From: Iphione sp. A-MEVVRFRX5
Taxonomy: Eukaryota
Direction of reading: 5' to 3'
DNA: 64,000 bases
NCBI GenBank assembly: GCA_976226885.1
Contig: OZ320322.1
Span: 47,244,001-47,308,000 of the forward strand
Below, one piece after another: positions 25,391-36,407 of the stretch. Every line of letters begins with the position of its first letter. Position 1 is the first letter of the stretch. The notes under the pieces are model-generated. The model was not told the DNA's origin. It did no database searches and was given only the letters and a program-made list of their open reading frames with translations. The translations under genes and the position numbers were made by a program.

Positions 25391-26163
25391 GTCCTGAACG
25401 TCCTCAAGGCACGCCGCACCGAGGTGGACAACAAGGAAAACATCTCGGAGGTCTCCGAACAGCAGCCGCCATTACAGAGACAGAGCAGTACGACGACGAT
25501 AGAGATCACGCCGATGGTGGTCAACCAGGAGCCAGTCAAGCCAGAGCCCATCGTACCCATCTTGAAGCAGCCCCCGACGAAGGAGAGTGAAATCAAAGTC
25601 TCCTCCATCCTGCGGACTCCCAGTCACGAGGGCTCCGAGCAGAGCCGCGTGACGCCCATCCTGAAAAGGACGGAAGGTTCCAAGGAACCGGTGATAACGT
25701 CGATACTCAAAAAGGACGCCCCAGCGGAGAGTGAAACGAAACCGGTCTCCATACTCAAGAGCGTCGACTCGCCCGACGCGGGGAAGCCTGCACCGGTTAC
25801 TACGTCACACGAGCGGAAACCAGTGACGTCACCCACCCACCAGAGCAGCACCTTCATCATGGTGACGTCATCGGCACGGCAGCGGGCCGACCCTTTCGTC
25901 GAGGTGACCTCTGGTGGAGAGAAGCAGCTACCGGTGGCTAAGAGCGTTTCCCTCCAGCGCAGTGAAACGCTGAGGGATCAAACCCCAGTGCATCAGAACA
26001 ATGTCCAGGAGACGAAGAAGCCGCTGAAGCCCATCCTTAGGAAGGCCAAGACCGTAGACGTCAGCGTCTGGGACCCTGAGCTGGAAAGTGTGCTCAAGAA
26101 GAGGCGAGAGATCAACGACCAGGACGATGGAGCCTCCAGTGACCAGGGCAGCGACCAGCGCAG
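25391..26163 (+). CDS. SVIL: Supervillin-like exon with ILK/ILR motifs (phase 0/2)
   Basis: Acceptor ttgcctccatcag|GTCCTG, donor CGCAG|gtgagt. VLNVLKARRTEVDNK...SDQGSDQR. Confidence 0.87.
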
Positions 26164-26541
26164 GTGAGTCTGTCTCGTGGGCTGGAGATTTCAGAACAAA
26201 GCCTTGACCCGTCAGGTAAAGAGGGAAATGATTGATTTGTGACCGCAGCACAGGATGCAGGTATGATCATGTGGGAGATGATTATACCAGACCAGCGGCC
26301 AGTCAGGAAAGTGGGGTGTCGATCAATGAGTGGCCACATGAAAAAGTGCAGGTATGTTTATGTAGGAGATGTAAATACTAGGACAAAGCACTGACTGCTC
26401 AGGAACGGTGATCGGTGAGAGTGGCTGCAGAACTTAGTACAGGTATGTTTATGGGGGAGATCACTGTGTTGAGAGAAAACACTGATTAGTCAGGCAAGAA
26501 GGGAAGTGATCATAGAGTCACTACAGAGTGGAGTGCATCTA

Positions 26542-27387
26542 CAGTAGAACCTTGTTGTTTGGCAGTTTCACAACTAGGGCCATCTCTTTATCCGGAGCAG
26601 ATTTTGCTTGAAGCAAGCCGTTTTTATATAGTTTAAGTATGTCTCAAAAACAAAAAGATCTCTTAAATGGAGACACTTTCACTGCTGGGAACTGGGCGTG
26701 CCCTGCTAAGGCCAGCTTTCCATGCATACAGAAATTTTTCCGTAGAGAGTAGTTCATCCAGAAATTGGGCCCATTTTCTGGACTCTCCAAGCCGTGGCTT
26801 TCCATGTATACGCATGCATGCATGCGTGCATGCATGTGTGTGTCAGAGAGAGAGAAGAGAGAGAGAAAGAAAGAGAAATTGGAGAGAGAAAGAGATAGAG
26901 AGAGAAAGAGAGAAATTGTGCATTTTTTTGTGGAGGTTGAGGCATATTGGTGGAAATTTTGCAGTTTTTTTTGCAGAGGTTGAGGTATATTGGTGGAAAT
27001 TGTGCAGATTTTGTGGAGGTTGAGGTATATCAGTGGAAATTGTGCAGGTTTTTGTGGAGGTCGAGGCATATCTGTGCAGTTTTTAGGCAAATGATATGTA
27101 AATTATAAAATATTTCATAACATCTAACATATGTTACACAGTGTTTCTCCTTTCTTAAAACATCTATTTCAGTATGCTACTCATCCCTATAGGTATCTGG
27201 AGTCTGGAAAATAGCTAAATTTATCGCCCAGGTTCATTTTTGACCTCCGGACCTGGAGCATGGACCCGGGTCCTTGGAAACAATCATGTTGACAACCATA
27301 GAATCGTTTTTTTTCCAGAGCATGGAGCCCATGCTCCGGAGACAATTTCCGGATGTATGGAAAGCCGGCCTAAATGAGGTTTTACTG
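26542..27387. mobile_element. Non-autonomous Tc1/mariner(pogo)-like element
   Basis: Left end TA|cagtagaacct, right end aggttttactg (reverse complement cagtaaaacct; 10 of 11 match). The right flank is TG rather than TA. Carries a GA microsatellite and a minisatellite; no ORF. Confidence 0.5.
26913..27085. repeat. Minisatellite of about 41 bp x4 (gtggaggttgaggcatattggtggaaattgtgcagtttttt)
   Basis: The gaggttgagg anchor recurs at about 26933, 26976, 27016 and 27057. Confidence 0.8.
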
Positions 27388-28039
27388 TGCATGTTTAGGG
27401 AGGCTGACTAATGAGGGATCTAGGCATTAGCCTGTAAGGAAGGTAGTAATTGATAGGAAAGCAGGTTTGAAAATGTGTTGCTGTGACAGGGGACTTTACT
27501 GGATGAAAATAAGTATCGATCAGTCATGCAAGGAAGAACTTAATTATTGGGTGATCACAGGGTGAAGGATGTGTTTATATCGCAAGTACAACAACAGAAC
27601 AAAGCATCAACCGTCCCCAAAATGAAGGGGATATGACAGGTAACTAAGGAAAAAAACAATGCTGAATGTGTAAGGGGAGAATCAATTCCATAAATAGATA
27701 CACACTGACCAGGTGGTTGAAACTGATGACAATGGGCAAACTGAAAGTGCTTGTTCATAGAAAATGACAGAATTAATATTATGCATTTGCTAATCATGTG
27801 AAAAAAGGAAGTGGTTTCAGATGACCACAGAGCAGGATAAGACCTGATTTCCTTACATGCGTTGGTGTCCAGGGGAGTGTGTAAGAGGTCCGGGTGTGTC
27901 TCCAGTCCATTTGCATGTGCTACTGGTTTTTTGCATGCTGATACACAGGGGTGTTCCATACCTGTGGGAAACAGATGGGAAACGGACAGGGAAAGAGAGA
28001 AAGAGAGAGAGAGAGGAGATAGAGAGAAGAGGGAGAGAT

Positions 28040-28260
28040 ACATGTTATTTGTGGAGGCTTAGGCATATCGGTAGAAATTGTGTGGTTTATTCATGGAGGT
28101 TGAGGTATATTGGTGGAAATTGTGCAGTTTTCCATGGAGGCAAAGGCATCTCAGCAGATATTGTGTGGTTTTTATGCAAATGATAAGCAAATTAGAAAAT
28201 ATTTCATATCATCTATCACATGATAGACAGTGTCTATCCAGCTAAAAACCCTCGTCTCTT
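28040..28260. repeat. Diverged second copy of the GA-tract / 41-bp minisatellite block (3 units) plus its 3' flank
   Basis: Anchors at about 28054, 28096 and 28137. The shared downstream block gcaaatgata...aaaatatttcat...cagtgt matches about 27087-27145. Confidence 0.75.
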
Positions 28261-29881
28261 TAGACTACTGTGCATTGGTGTGCATTGTGTAAAAAAATAT
28301 TGGACCTGGTCTGATAATGGGCAACGCACATCAACACAGCCATGCACATGCACACCTCATGAACATAAAGAACATCCTCCATTAGAATCAACATGATCCA
28401 TAAAACTGCACAGGACTCCACATGCACACAACTGCAGGTAAGGAAACCGGGACTAAATAAGGGACAATGGAGATGAGCGGTGAAGAGGAGATTGGCGATG
28501 GGACTAGTCCATAGCAGGGTGGTGTATGAGGATTGATGCTTTGTGAATAGAGACAGAAACTCTACTAGTTCAGATGGTTAGGAGGTGAAAGAAAGTTCAG
28601 TGTTAGGTGATGTAAGTGGTCAGGATGATCAGACACCGCGGTATTGTTAACGATAGATAAGCTTAAAATGATACGAACAATAAAAGAGTAAGACAGAGCA
28701 AAGGACCAAGACACGACGTGTGAAGTTGGTAGAGGAAGGAACGAGGGATTGGGAGGCTACGTGGTGACTTGTTGAGCAAGTAGAAATGCATTGAAGTGTT
28801 GACGGTTTAAAAAAGACACAAAATGTAGCAAAAGAGAATATAGGTGAGGTTTTGACATGCGGTACGGTATTAGGGATGACAGTGAAGGTTGGGAGAGGGG
28901 CAACTGCGGGGTAAAAAAAGTAAGTGAATGAGGTTAAGTGTAGTAGGGTGGCAGGTAGCAAAGTGGCAGCTTCGATCAGAGGAATAATGAAGTTTGAAAT
29001 GATAATGGTAAAATTGGACGTGGCCGCGATCATGACTTCAGCGGTAAACACGTAAGAGTGATTGTTGATATAATAATAATAGTGATTCTCAGTGTAAAAG
29101 GACAGAACCACAGATGGGCATTTTTCGGGGCGTGAACGAAGTGGTTGGTGGTGGTGAAGGGTGGTAATCTAAGAGGGATGACATGACACGGGGCGACGGA
29201 AAGTGAAAAATTGTTCTTACTTCTTCTAGTCCACAAATACAGAGAGTTCACGCTTGTTCAAACACCTGCATTCCCGACACGACTCTTTGAAAGATGAAGT
29301 ATTACGGCGAGACAGTCAGGCATTGGTATCTAGCTGCTTTGCTAGTTCCCCATTCAGGATTTTGCAATATTTTTGTTCGTGATGATGGGTCGTTCACGTA
29401 AGCAAGATCTCGATGTATGCGTGTACTGTTACGTTGATAGTGACACTACGGACTAGTAGTAACCTACGTGCAGTAACGAACTTGAGAAGAGGCAGAGGTT
29501 TTCATAGCTGGGCACAGATGTATTTGGCAGTGCTGCACACGTCTCAGTCATCAGTACACCATATAAGCAGATCAGTGTCAGAGATATGCTGGGAGCAGGT
29601 TCTCTAGACGCTTGTTTATGGTTGTAATCACTCTTATCGAAATTCAGAAAAAAAATAATTTACAAAAAAGATTGGTATTCACAGTGTAAAAAGGAGCTAC
29701 GTGCAGCTCCTGGCTCCTCCTTACTGGAATTGAACGGCTTTTTCTCACGAAATGCCACATTTACTAGACTGTCAACCGTACATCCAATGCACATACATCT
29801 ACCTACTGCTTCCTGTGTGATAAGCATCTGCCGACGCCATAATGTACCTGTCGGTTAGACATTCAACTTCCCTGTCCACAG

Positions 29882-30046
29882 ATCCTCGGAGGATAAGCAG
29901 AATGGCGAGAGGGCGGAGCACGACAGCGAACCCAAGCTTTCTATTGCCGAGAGGATCTTTAAGATGGAGTCGAAGATCGAGGAGAACAAGCACAGCAAGT
30001 CCTACACGGGATCTGGATCAACCACGCCCAGGGTCATCAAACTGAG
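29882..30046 (+). CDS. SVIL: Supervillin-like exon (phase 2/2)
   Basis: Acceptor ccctgtccacag|, donor CTGAG|gtaagt. Encodes SSEDKQNGERAEHDSEPKLSIAERIFKMESKIEE...; the KLSIAER module resembles the KLSVAAK and LSLAEKL modules of supervillin. Not shown in this frame by the ORF track. Confidence 0.85.
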
Positions 30047-30523
30047 GTAAGTAGGCGAACTCGCCATTTAACTGAGGCCGATTGTCGAACGTTCATTCGC
30101 AGGAGCCCACTATTGATCCAATTAAAAAGTCAAAGCTTTTGGTTATAGCCGGAGATATTATCAAAGGGAACAGTTAATGTCAGGAGAACATATTTTCAAG
30201 AGCTTATTCTAGTCGATCAGGCGATCAGAATTTCGAATGATGTCTTGCAACATTTACTAGACGACAGACTTTGATTTTGATAACGCTGGAATCTCTTTTG
30301 TGCACGGATGAATACGAGCTTTTCGGGTAACCATTATTCTATGAGATTTTTGTAATTTGGTGGCCATGCGTACTATAATTGTGGTACGACCAGTTTCAGC
30401 CTCATTGAGGTACTTTTAATAACATCGATCCAGAAGGTATTCTGATTTTAAGAGAAGGACGCAGGCAGTCTCTGTCGTCGTATACTTTGGATGTTCTGAC
30501 GTAGTGTCTGACCTCTCCACCAG

Positions 30524-30772
30524 GAGTACTGTTTCCGGGCCCGCGTCACCGAGAGGTTCCGGTTCTCCTCTCCCCTTGACCGTGGCCGCCGACGAGGACG
30601 ACGCAGTCAACGTCGACCTTGCCGACGAAAACCTCCTGGCGAAACTCGCCGACGTCGCTGTAGTTCGGGATGCGGCCGACAGGAGGCGGGAGCGGTTCCA
30701 GCAGCGCAGAGAGGACAGCTGGCGGACGAGAACGCTACCAGTCACCGATGTGGAGGTCACACAAGCAGACAG
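30524..30772 (+). CDS. SVIL: Supervillin-like exon (phase 2/2)
   Basis: Acceptor ctctccaccag|, donor GACAG|gtgggt. Contains RRRERFQQRREDSWRTRTLPVTDVEVTQAD, a TQPVT-type module. Confidence 0.85.
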
Positions 30773-31082
30773 GTGGGTTTTACTACATGTACGGGGTGAT
30801 ATCAATGCATATACATTGAATATAAATTTGTCCAGGGCCTCGCTGTACATAGGCCTACAGAACATTATTTACAGTCACCCTATAACGAAAAGGTGTGGCA
30901 TAACAAAACGTTTCACATTTCACATCCTTACATCATGCAATCTACGTACAGTGCGGTAGTGATATTTCTTACACATCCTTTGTTTGAAAACAAAAGTTTC
31001 CAGCTTTTCCTCTAGCAAGACCTGCCATCCACACCAGGCCGTCTCCTGATAGAGGCATTAACGCTCTTCATTGTCTTTTCAG

Positions 31083-31257
31083 TTTGCGATCGGTAAGTGC
31101 CTTTCGGCAGGAAGTACTTCGGCGCTCGTCGGCAGCCGTTTTCGCGCCCCAGGTTGACGAGGGTCATTCCCCTGACCAGGTCAGAGCGACGAGTGGTTCC
31201 TTCCGTCGCCACGGGAGGCGCCAGTCGCGCTACAAAAGTGTCCCCGTCACCAATGAG
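31083..31257 (+). CDS. SVIL: Supervillin-like exon (phase 2/0)
   Basis: Acceptor ttgtcttttcag|, donor AATGAG|gtagtt. Ends RRHGRRQSRYKSVPVTNE. Confidence 0.78.
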
Positions 31258-32027
31258 GTAGTTCTTATTTACGTTACGTTATTTAGCAGCCTGCGCTTTG
31301 TGTACATCGCTCTGGGATCAAGGTAACTCTTGCGGTGCTGCCTCTGGTGGTGGTCGCCGTTTTAATACACTGTCGTCATAGTAACATTCACGCACATCCC
31401 CAAACAAGTCATGCTTAGGGTTAATAGGTAGACATCTTAACCTCTTAAAGAAATATTCACAGATAAGAGATCATTCTTACACCTTACATGATTAATAAGC
31501 TTGGGGCAATAGTTAAATTAGATGACTTCAAGCATAAATGTTTCGCACATGTAAAGAACTCATTGCTCATTAATGGTGAAGGCCCCTGCCTGGTGCGGTC
31601 TTATGAAATAACATACAAATACTCATACAAAGAGCCACCTTAGAGTGAGAGACAAGAATAACTACGGTGAAGCACTGAAAAACTCGGTTATAACAGTAGC
31701 GCCATATGTTCCTATCATGTATGACTATCAAGCAGGAATCCCCCTGTAGCTATATTCAGAACTGATAATACGTACAGCTTTTTTCTGCATATCTGCTATT
31801 CACTAGACGTTTAAACATCGGTTCAGTTTGTAGATACGTTTCTTAAAAGCATCGCTGTAAAAAAAAAAGCAAAACTGGAACAAATGGAGCTTGAAATCTG
31901 TCCATAGTTGTTATTAGACTTTTATATAAATGTCTCGAAATAATTACTCAAATATTTACTCAAATGTGTTGAAACCTTGACTTGGCTGTTTTGACTCATA
32001 GTTGTTTCTACCTCGTCCTCGATTCAG

Positions 32028-32111
32028 GAGCTGCGAGATATTCCGGAGACCTCCGTGGTCCAGCAGGACGCGCAACCCGCCCTCTCCAGGAAGAAGATGG
32101 TCCGTAAAAAG
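32028..32111 (+). CDS. SVIL: Small supervillin-like exon (phase 0/0), possibly a cassette
   Basis: GC-rich island in an AT-rich intron. Acceptor cctcgtcctcgattcag|, donor AAAAAG|gtgctt. ELRDIPETSVVQQDAQPALSRKKMVRKK (28 codons). Confidence 0.6.
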
Positions 32112-32482
32112 GTGCTTATTCCCAGCTAACTTTACTTTCATTATTCATAAAGAGGACCGTAGACGACAGTAAGGGGATTACATGAGTATAGAGTTTAGTA
32201 AAGTGAGAAGAACTGTATTTAAGGCAATACGTTCTCCGTTGTTCAGACCAATATTGAATCCTAGTATCAATAGTAACAGCTGTGCACATGCATGTGTTTA
32301 TTTTCCCCTGCTGTATTCTTCCGCATACACTACACTCTGGGACGTAGATTTATCAATGCTAACTTTATAATATATTGATCAGTAATGATGTTGATGATGC
32401 CATGCAACAACCAGCCGCCATACTTGTTCCCACGATGTACACAGTGTAGTTGACCCCTTCCATGTGTGCGTCTGTGCTTCAG

Positions 32483-33051
32483 GTGGAGGCAGCTCGTGCT
32501 GCGGCCTTTGAAGACAGCGACTCCGACTTTGATAAACTGGTCGAAATGAACCGACGACGGGCGGCACAGGCCACGATGTCACCACAGACGACTGACACGT
32601 CGACAGCGCTGCCGCCGCCGCAGCTGCCGTCGTCGCTAACAGAGGAAGCAGGGGCGGACGACGAGGGGGAGGCCGCCGATCAGGACGCCCTCTCCAAGAT
32701 GAGCGTCACCCAGAAAATGGCGCTGTTTCGGAAGCTCGAGGAAGAGGAGAAGGAGAAGAAGAGGGGCGGCTCGGCCACCAGACGACTTCTGGACAGGCGG
32801 AAGCGGATGGAACGCTCGCGAACGCAGCCCGTGACCGAGGATGAGATCGGACAAGCCGCCGTCATAGCCAAGGAACAAAAGGCGGAACAACAGGAGCAGC
32901 AGATGTCCTCCACTGGAGGTCAACTTCAAGGTCAAGACGACAGCCAAGGCTCATCCGTGTCAAGGTCGATCTCGTCCAGCCTTAGTCTGGAGAATATTAA
33001 CATGGAGTTAGATGAGAAAAGAGACTCCAACTCTGAGGATGACGTCTCAAA
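32483..33051 (+). CDS. SVIL: Supervillin-like exon with a complete supervillin repeat (phase 0/2)
   Basis: Acceptor tctgtgcttcag|, donor TCAAA|gtacgt. KMSVTQKMALFRKLEEE...RRKRMERSRTQPVTEDEIGQAA parallels recalled human SVIL KLSVAAKRLLFREME...DRSLTQPITTEEVVIAA. Confidence 0.9.
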
Positions 33052-33270
33052 GTACGTGCATAAACACTTATACTCGGATAATTAATTTTACCTTTCTAGT
33101 AAAGTAAGTAAGGAATATTTCTAGAATCACCTGAAATTCCTTGATGTGACGCAAACCATTTACTTGTATATGTACTTGCCTTGTGATAACGATTGTTTTA
33201 AATTTGCACAATTTCCGGAAGGAGAAGAATGAGACACACTTGACTTAACCACCATCAATTTTTATTTCAG

Positions 33271-33391
33271 ATTAACCCTTTCAGAAAAGTTGAAGCTTTT
33301 CTCCCAACAGGAAGAGGAGAAAACACCCAAACGGGAAACGCCGGTCATGAGGAAAAAGACGCGGCGTCTGCAGTCGCGATTTAAGACGCAG
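33271..33391 (+). CDS. SVIL: Supervillin-like exon (phase 2/0)
   Basis: Acceptor tttttatttcag|, donor ACGCAG|gtatga. (K)LTLSEKLKLFSQQEEEK...RRLQSRFKTQ, compare recalled human LSLAEKLALFNKL...RYQTQ. Confidence 0.9.
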
Positions 33392-35465
33392 GTATGAGCT
33401 CAGGAAACTGACTTTTATAACACCAGTTCCACACTTGACAACAGAATAACAGCAACCTGCACCCGTACACATTATTCATCCACATGTATATATATTTGAA
33501 AGGAGGCTTTATCTTCCTCCACCATATGCTTTATCACAGACCTCGTTTCAGCATTAATATGTACATAGCTTATGCACAGAGGACTTCAGCACCTGTTGGC
33601 AAAGTTGATATAATTGTTGTATGGCAATCTACTCACTTGATATTGTGCAACTTTAACACCTGTCAATTTATGAAGAATACATCGTTTACATCTACTTACC
33701 TACACTGGAAAGTGTGTGTATCTCTGCCTGGAAATGTATCTATACGAACAAGTACATGTACGTGTAGATACCACTCTTAACGCTGTATCACGCAACTTAA
33801 ATGAATAATAGGATGCTTATGTTTAATTACTGACCATAAAAAACAAGTACGTGTATATCTCACATCTCCAATAATGCTTTGACATACATCTTATTTGAAC
33901 AGTCTGCAATATACATGTATAGTCATTTTCTTAGAAACGACACAAACTACAGAATTTTGAAAGGGCTGATCCCAAGCTAGGCTGGCAATACTATTCATCA
34001 ACCACCATGCAAATGCACCTATAGTGATTATATTTATGAAAAGTCTGTCGCTTACATTTTCATTTGACACATTCCTTATCATTGTATATATAAGTTTATA
34101 CCCCCGACAAATGCACATTATTTCAGCAGTATTTACTAACGGGTTAGATAATCAATTGCTAACACAGGATTAGGTCCTCCATTCGATGAACTGGCACCGT
34201 ATACATTGCAATACTAATCTTGTCGCCATTTGGTCAACGCTCTTCTCACCGTAATAAACATTATGAAAATGTACAGCAACCTTATGTGTCATGATAATAA
34301 TCTATCCTCGGCTGTATATAACGCTCACCTTTGGTATCACAGCGAGGGACTTGACAGTAGAGACCATCTAGGGTCTATATTTGACAAAAAGGGAGAGGAA
34401 GATGGAACACTAATTAATACTACATGTGCTTTATATAATCCTACAGTCGGGAGCTAACTTGGTAGGTATCGAAGTGGATTGATCAGTGCATAATGAGAAC
34501 TCCGAATGAAGGTGGTAATTTCTGTAGGAGAAAATAAAAATAAGCCTGAGTTTACACCCGCTAGTCACTTAGAGTAAGAAAACTGAATTTTAAACACTAT
34601 ATCAGACATCCTTTGAAAACTATTCTCGATATCTTTCCAATAGATCAAGATTCTTTCTGTTACAAGAGAAAATATTAGGATGACTTGGTGTGACCTCACA
34701 GAGCTAAAGACTGCATAGAGACAGGTCTATCGCTGCAGTGACCTTCATTCTAGACAAAGTGGAAATGTGAAGAGAACGTGCAAGTCCCCTCTGCAATGTC
34801 CTAACCCAGGAGACCGAATACTAATTTCTAATGTTGAGCTCTCTTCTTTCGAAGTCTTCCATTCCCAATACTCTCTGTTACACCGGGACCCGATTCCGAA
34901 TTCAGTTTTTCAGGATTTGTTTTTCGAACAGAGCCTCGTGCTTCCTTGACCTTTTTGTGTTGTAAAAATGCAACAAATGTGATGCAACGAATATAACACT
35001 CAAACTGTCATTCTACAACAGTCGCCGTTGAATTAACACTCAAGTATAATTACACACCTCAATTTGCGTCTTCTTACCTTGTATTTCTGTCTGTTTTTCG
35101 TTAGCTTTTCGCAGCTCTCCTAGCTTGTCGCTTCTCAACCTTATCACGTCCTGTCTTGTTTAGTTTGGCGCACACACTTTCATGGCCGCTGCATTATTTG
35201 TTTACCGTAAAGTCCACTCACAAACAACGCTTACAGGCGAAACAGTCCATGTGTCTTATTTACAATCGAACCCAAAAAATGGTGGTGTTTTTTTTCACCT
35301 CCTTGTGTAAGGTATGAAGCAAGGAGTTCTTAAGAACTTTCAATTATTTGTATATGTGAAGGATTAGCCCATCAAATCCCCCCTTATAACTGATTTTCTT
35401 CTCCTGCCTTTAAAGATGAAGTGAACAGGTATTACCTTCTCTTAAAATTTTAACGCTGCCACTAG

Positions 35466-36407
35466 GATAACCCTCCCTCTCCTGAAGAGGACCAGTCCAA
35501 GCCCATTAAGGTATCCATGCTAATTCAGTCGTTTGACGATGGCCTCCTCCCTCCGGCCCGACAGAGTGCTTCCGGCGGAGGGGTGAGGAGGAAGGAACGG
35601 GCGTCCCCCAGAGACGCGGGAGGCCAGCGGTTAAGGTCTGGAGGCTGGAAGAGAGTGGGAGGAGTATGGACGGCACGGGGAGGAGTCTCGCGGGAACGCC
35701 CCAAATCCTCGCACCTCAGGAGAGCACATAGCCAAGGCCCCCTGGCGGCCAAGATAGAACTTTTCGAGCGTTCAGATCAGCCCAAGCGTGTCAAACAAGT
35801 CAAGCGATTCGTCGCTGCCTCCAGCTTTCAAAAGGAAGACCGTGCGGCGCAAGCGCACAGGAAGCGGTCCACTTTCGGGGGGTCATACCAGGGACCGACA
35901 CACACGACAACCGGAAATAAGCGTCCGCAGAGGTTGGAGGGCCTCGTTGTCGCCGCCGATAGCGCTGAGACGGATAAGAGCGGCCCTTATGTTCGGGGTC
36001 GCAAGCACAAGAAGCACATGCAGCAGGAACAGCTGCAACAACAGCAGCAGCAGATGCAGGCCCGCCAGCAGGGCCAGGAGAAAAATCTTAAACAGAAGGA
36101 GGTGCATGAAACGGCCAGCAGAACCAGGCGCACGGCCAGGTCAGACAGCGCCTCCCCAGAGTACAAGATCCAGAAGGTGGCGGTCACTAAGCAGATGTTT
36201 GAAGCAAGAGGCATCGGTCATCAGCAACGGAAAGAAGACCCACAACCGCAGGGGGTTCCTGTCGTAGGTGTTCTGGCTTCTCCTGGGCAGGTTGAGGAAT
36301 CCCCCACCACCTCCACGGAACTTTCCTCCTCCACCACCGACCCATCTCTTTCCCTGGAGTCCTCCGGCGGGTCGACACGTCCCGCTCTAGCCCGGATGAA
36401 CACACAG
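35466..36407 (+). CDS. SVIL: Large alternative exon: cassette (phase 0/0), or alternative first exon from ATG 35517
   Basis: Acceptor ttaacgctgccactag|GATAAC is in frame with track ORF 35517. Donor ACACAG|gtggtg after ...LARMNTQ. 314 codons, with a poly-Q stretch. Confidence 0.7.

Noticed and set aside
31258-31322. Hydrophobic read-through (VVLIYVTLFSSLRFVYIALGS) to donor AG|gtaact, possibly a membrane anchor
   Set aside because: Exits in phase 2 while the next acceptors are phase 0; T-rich intron-like composition explains the hydrophobicity.
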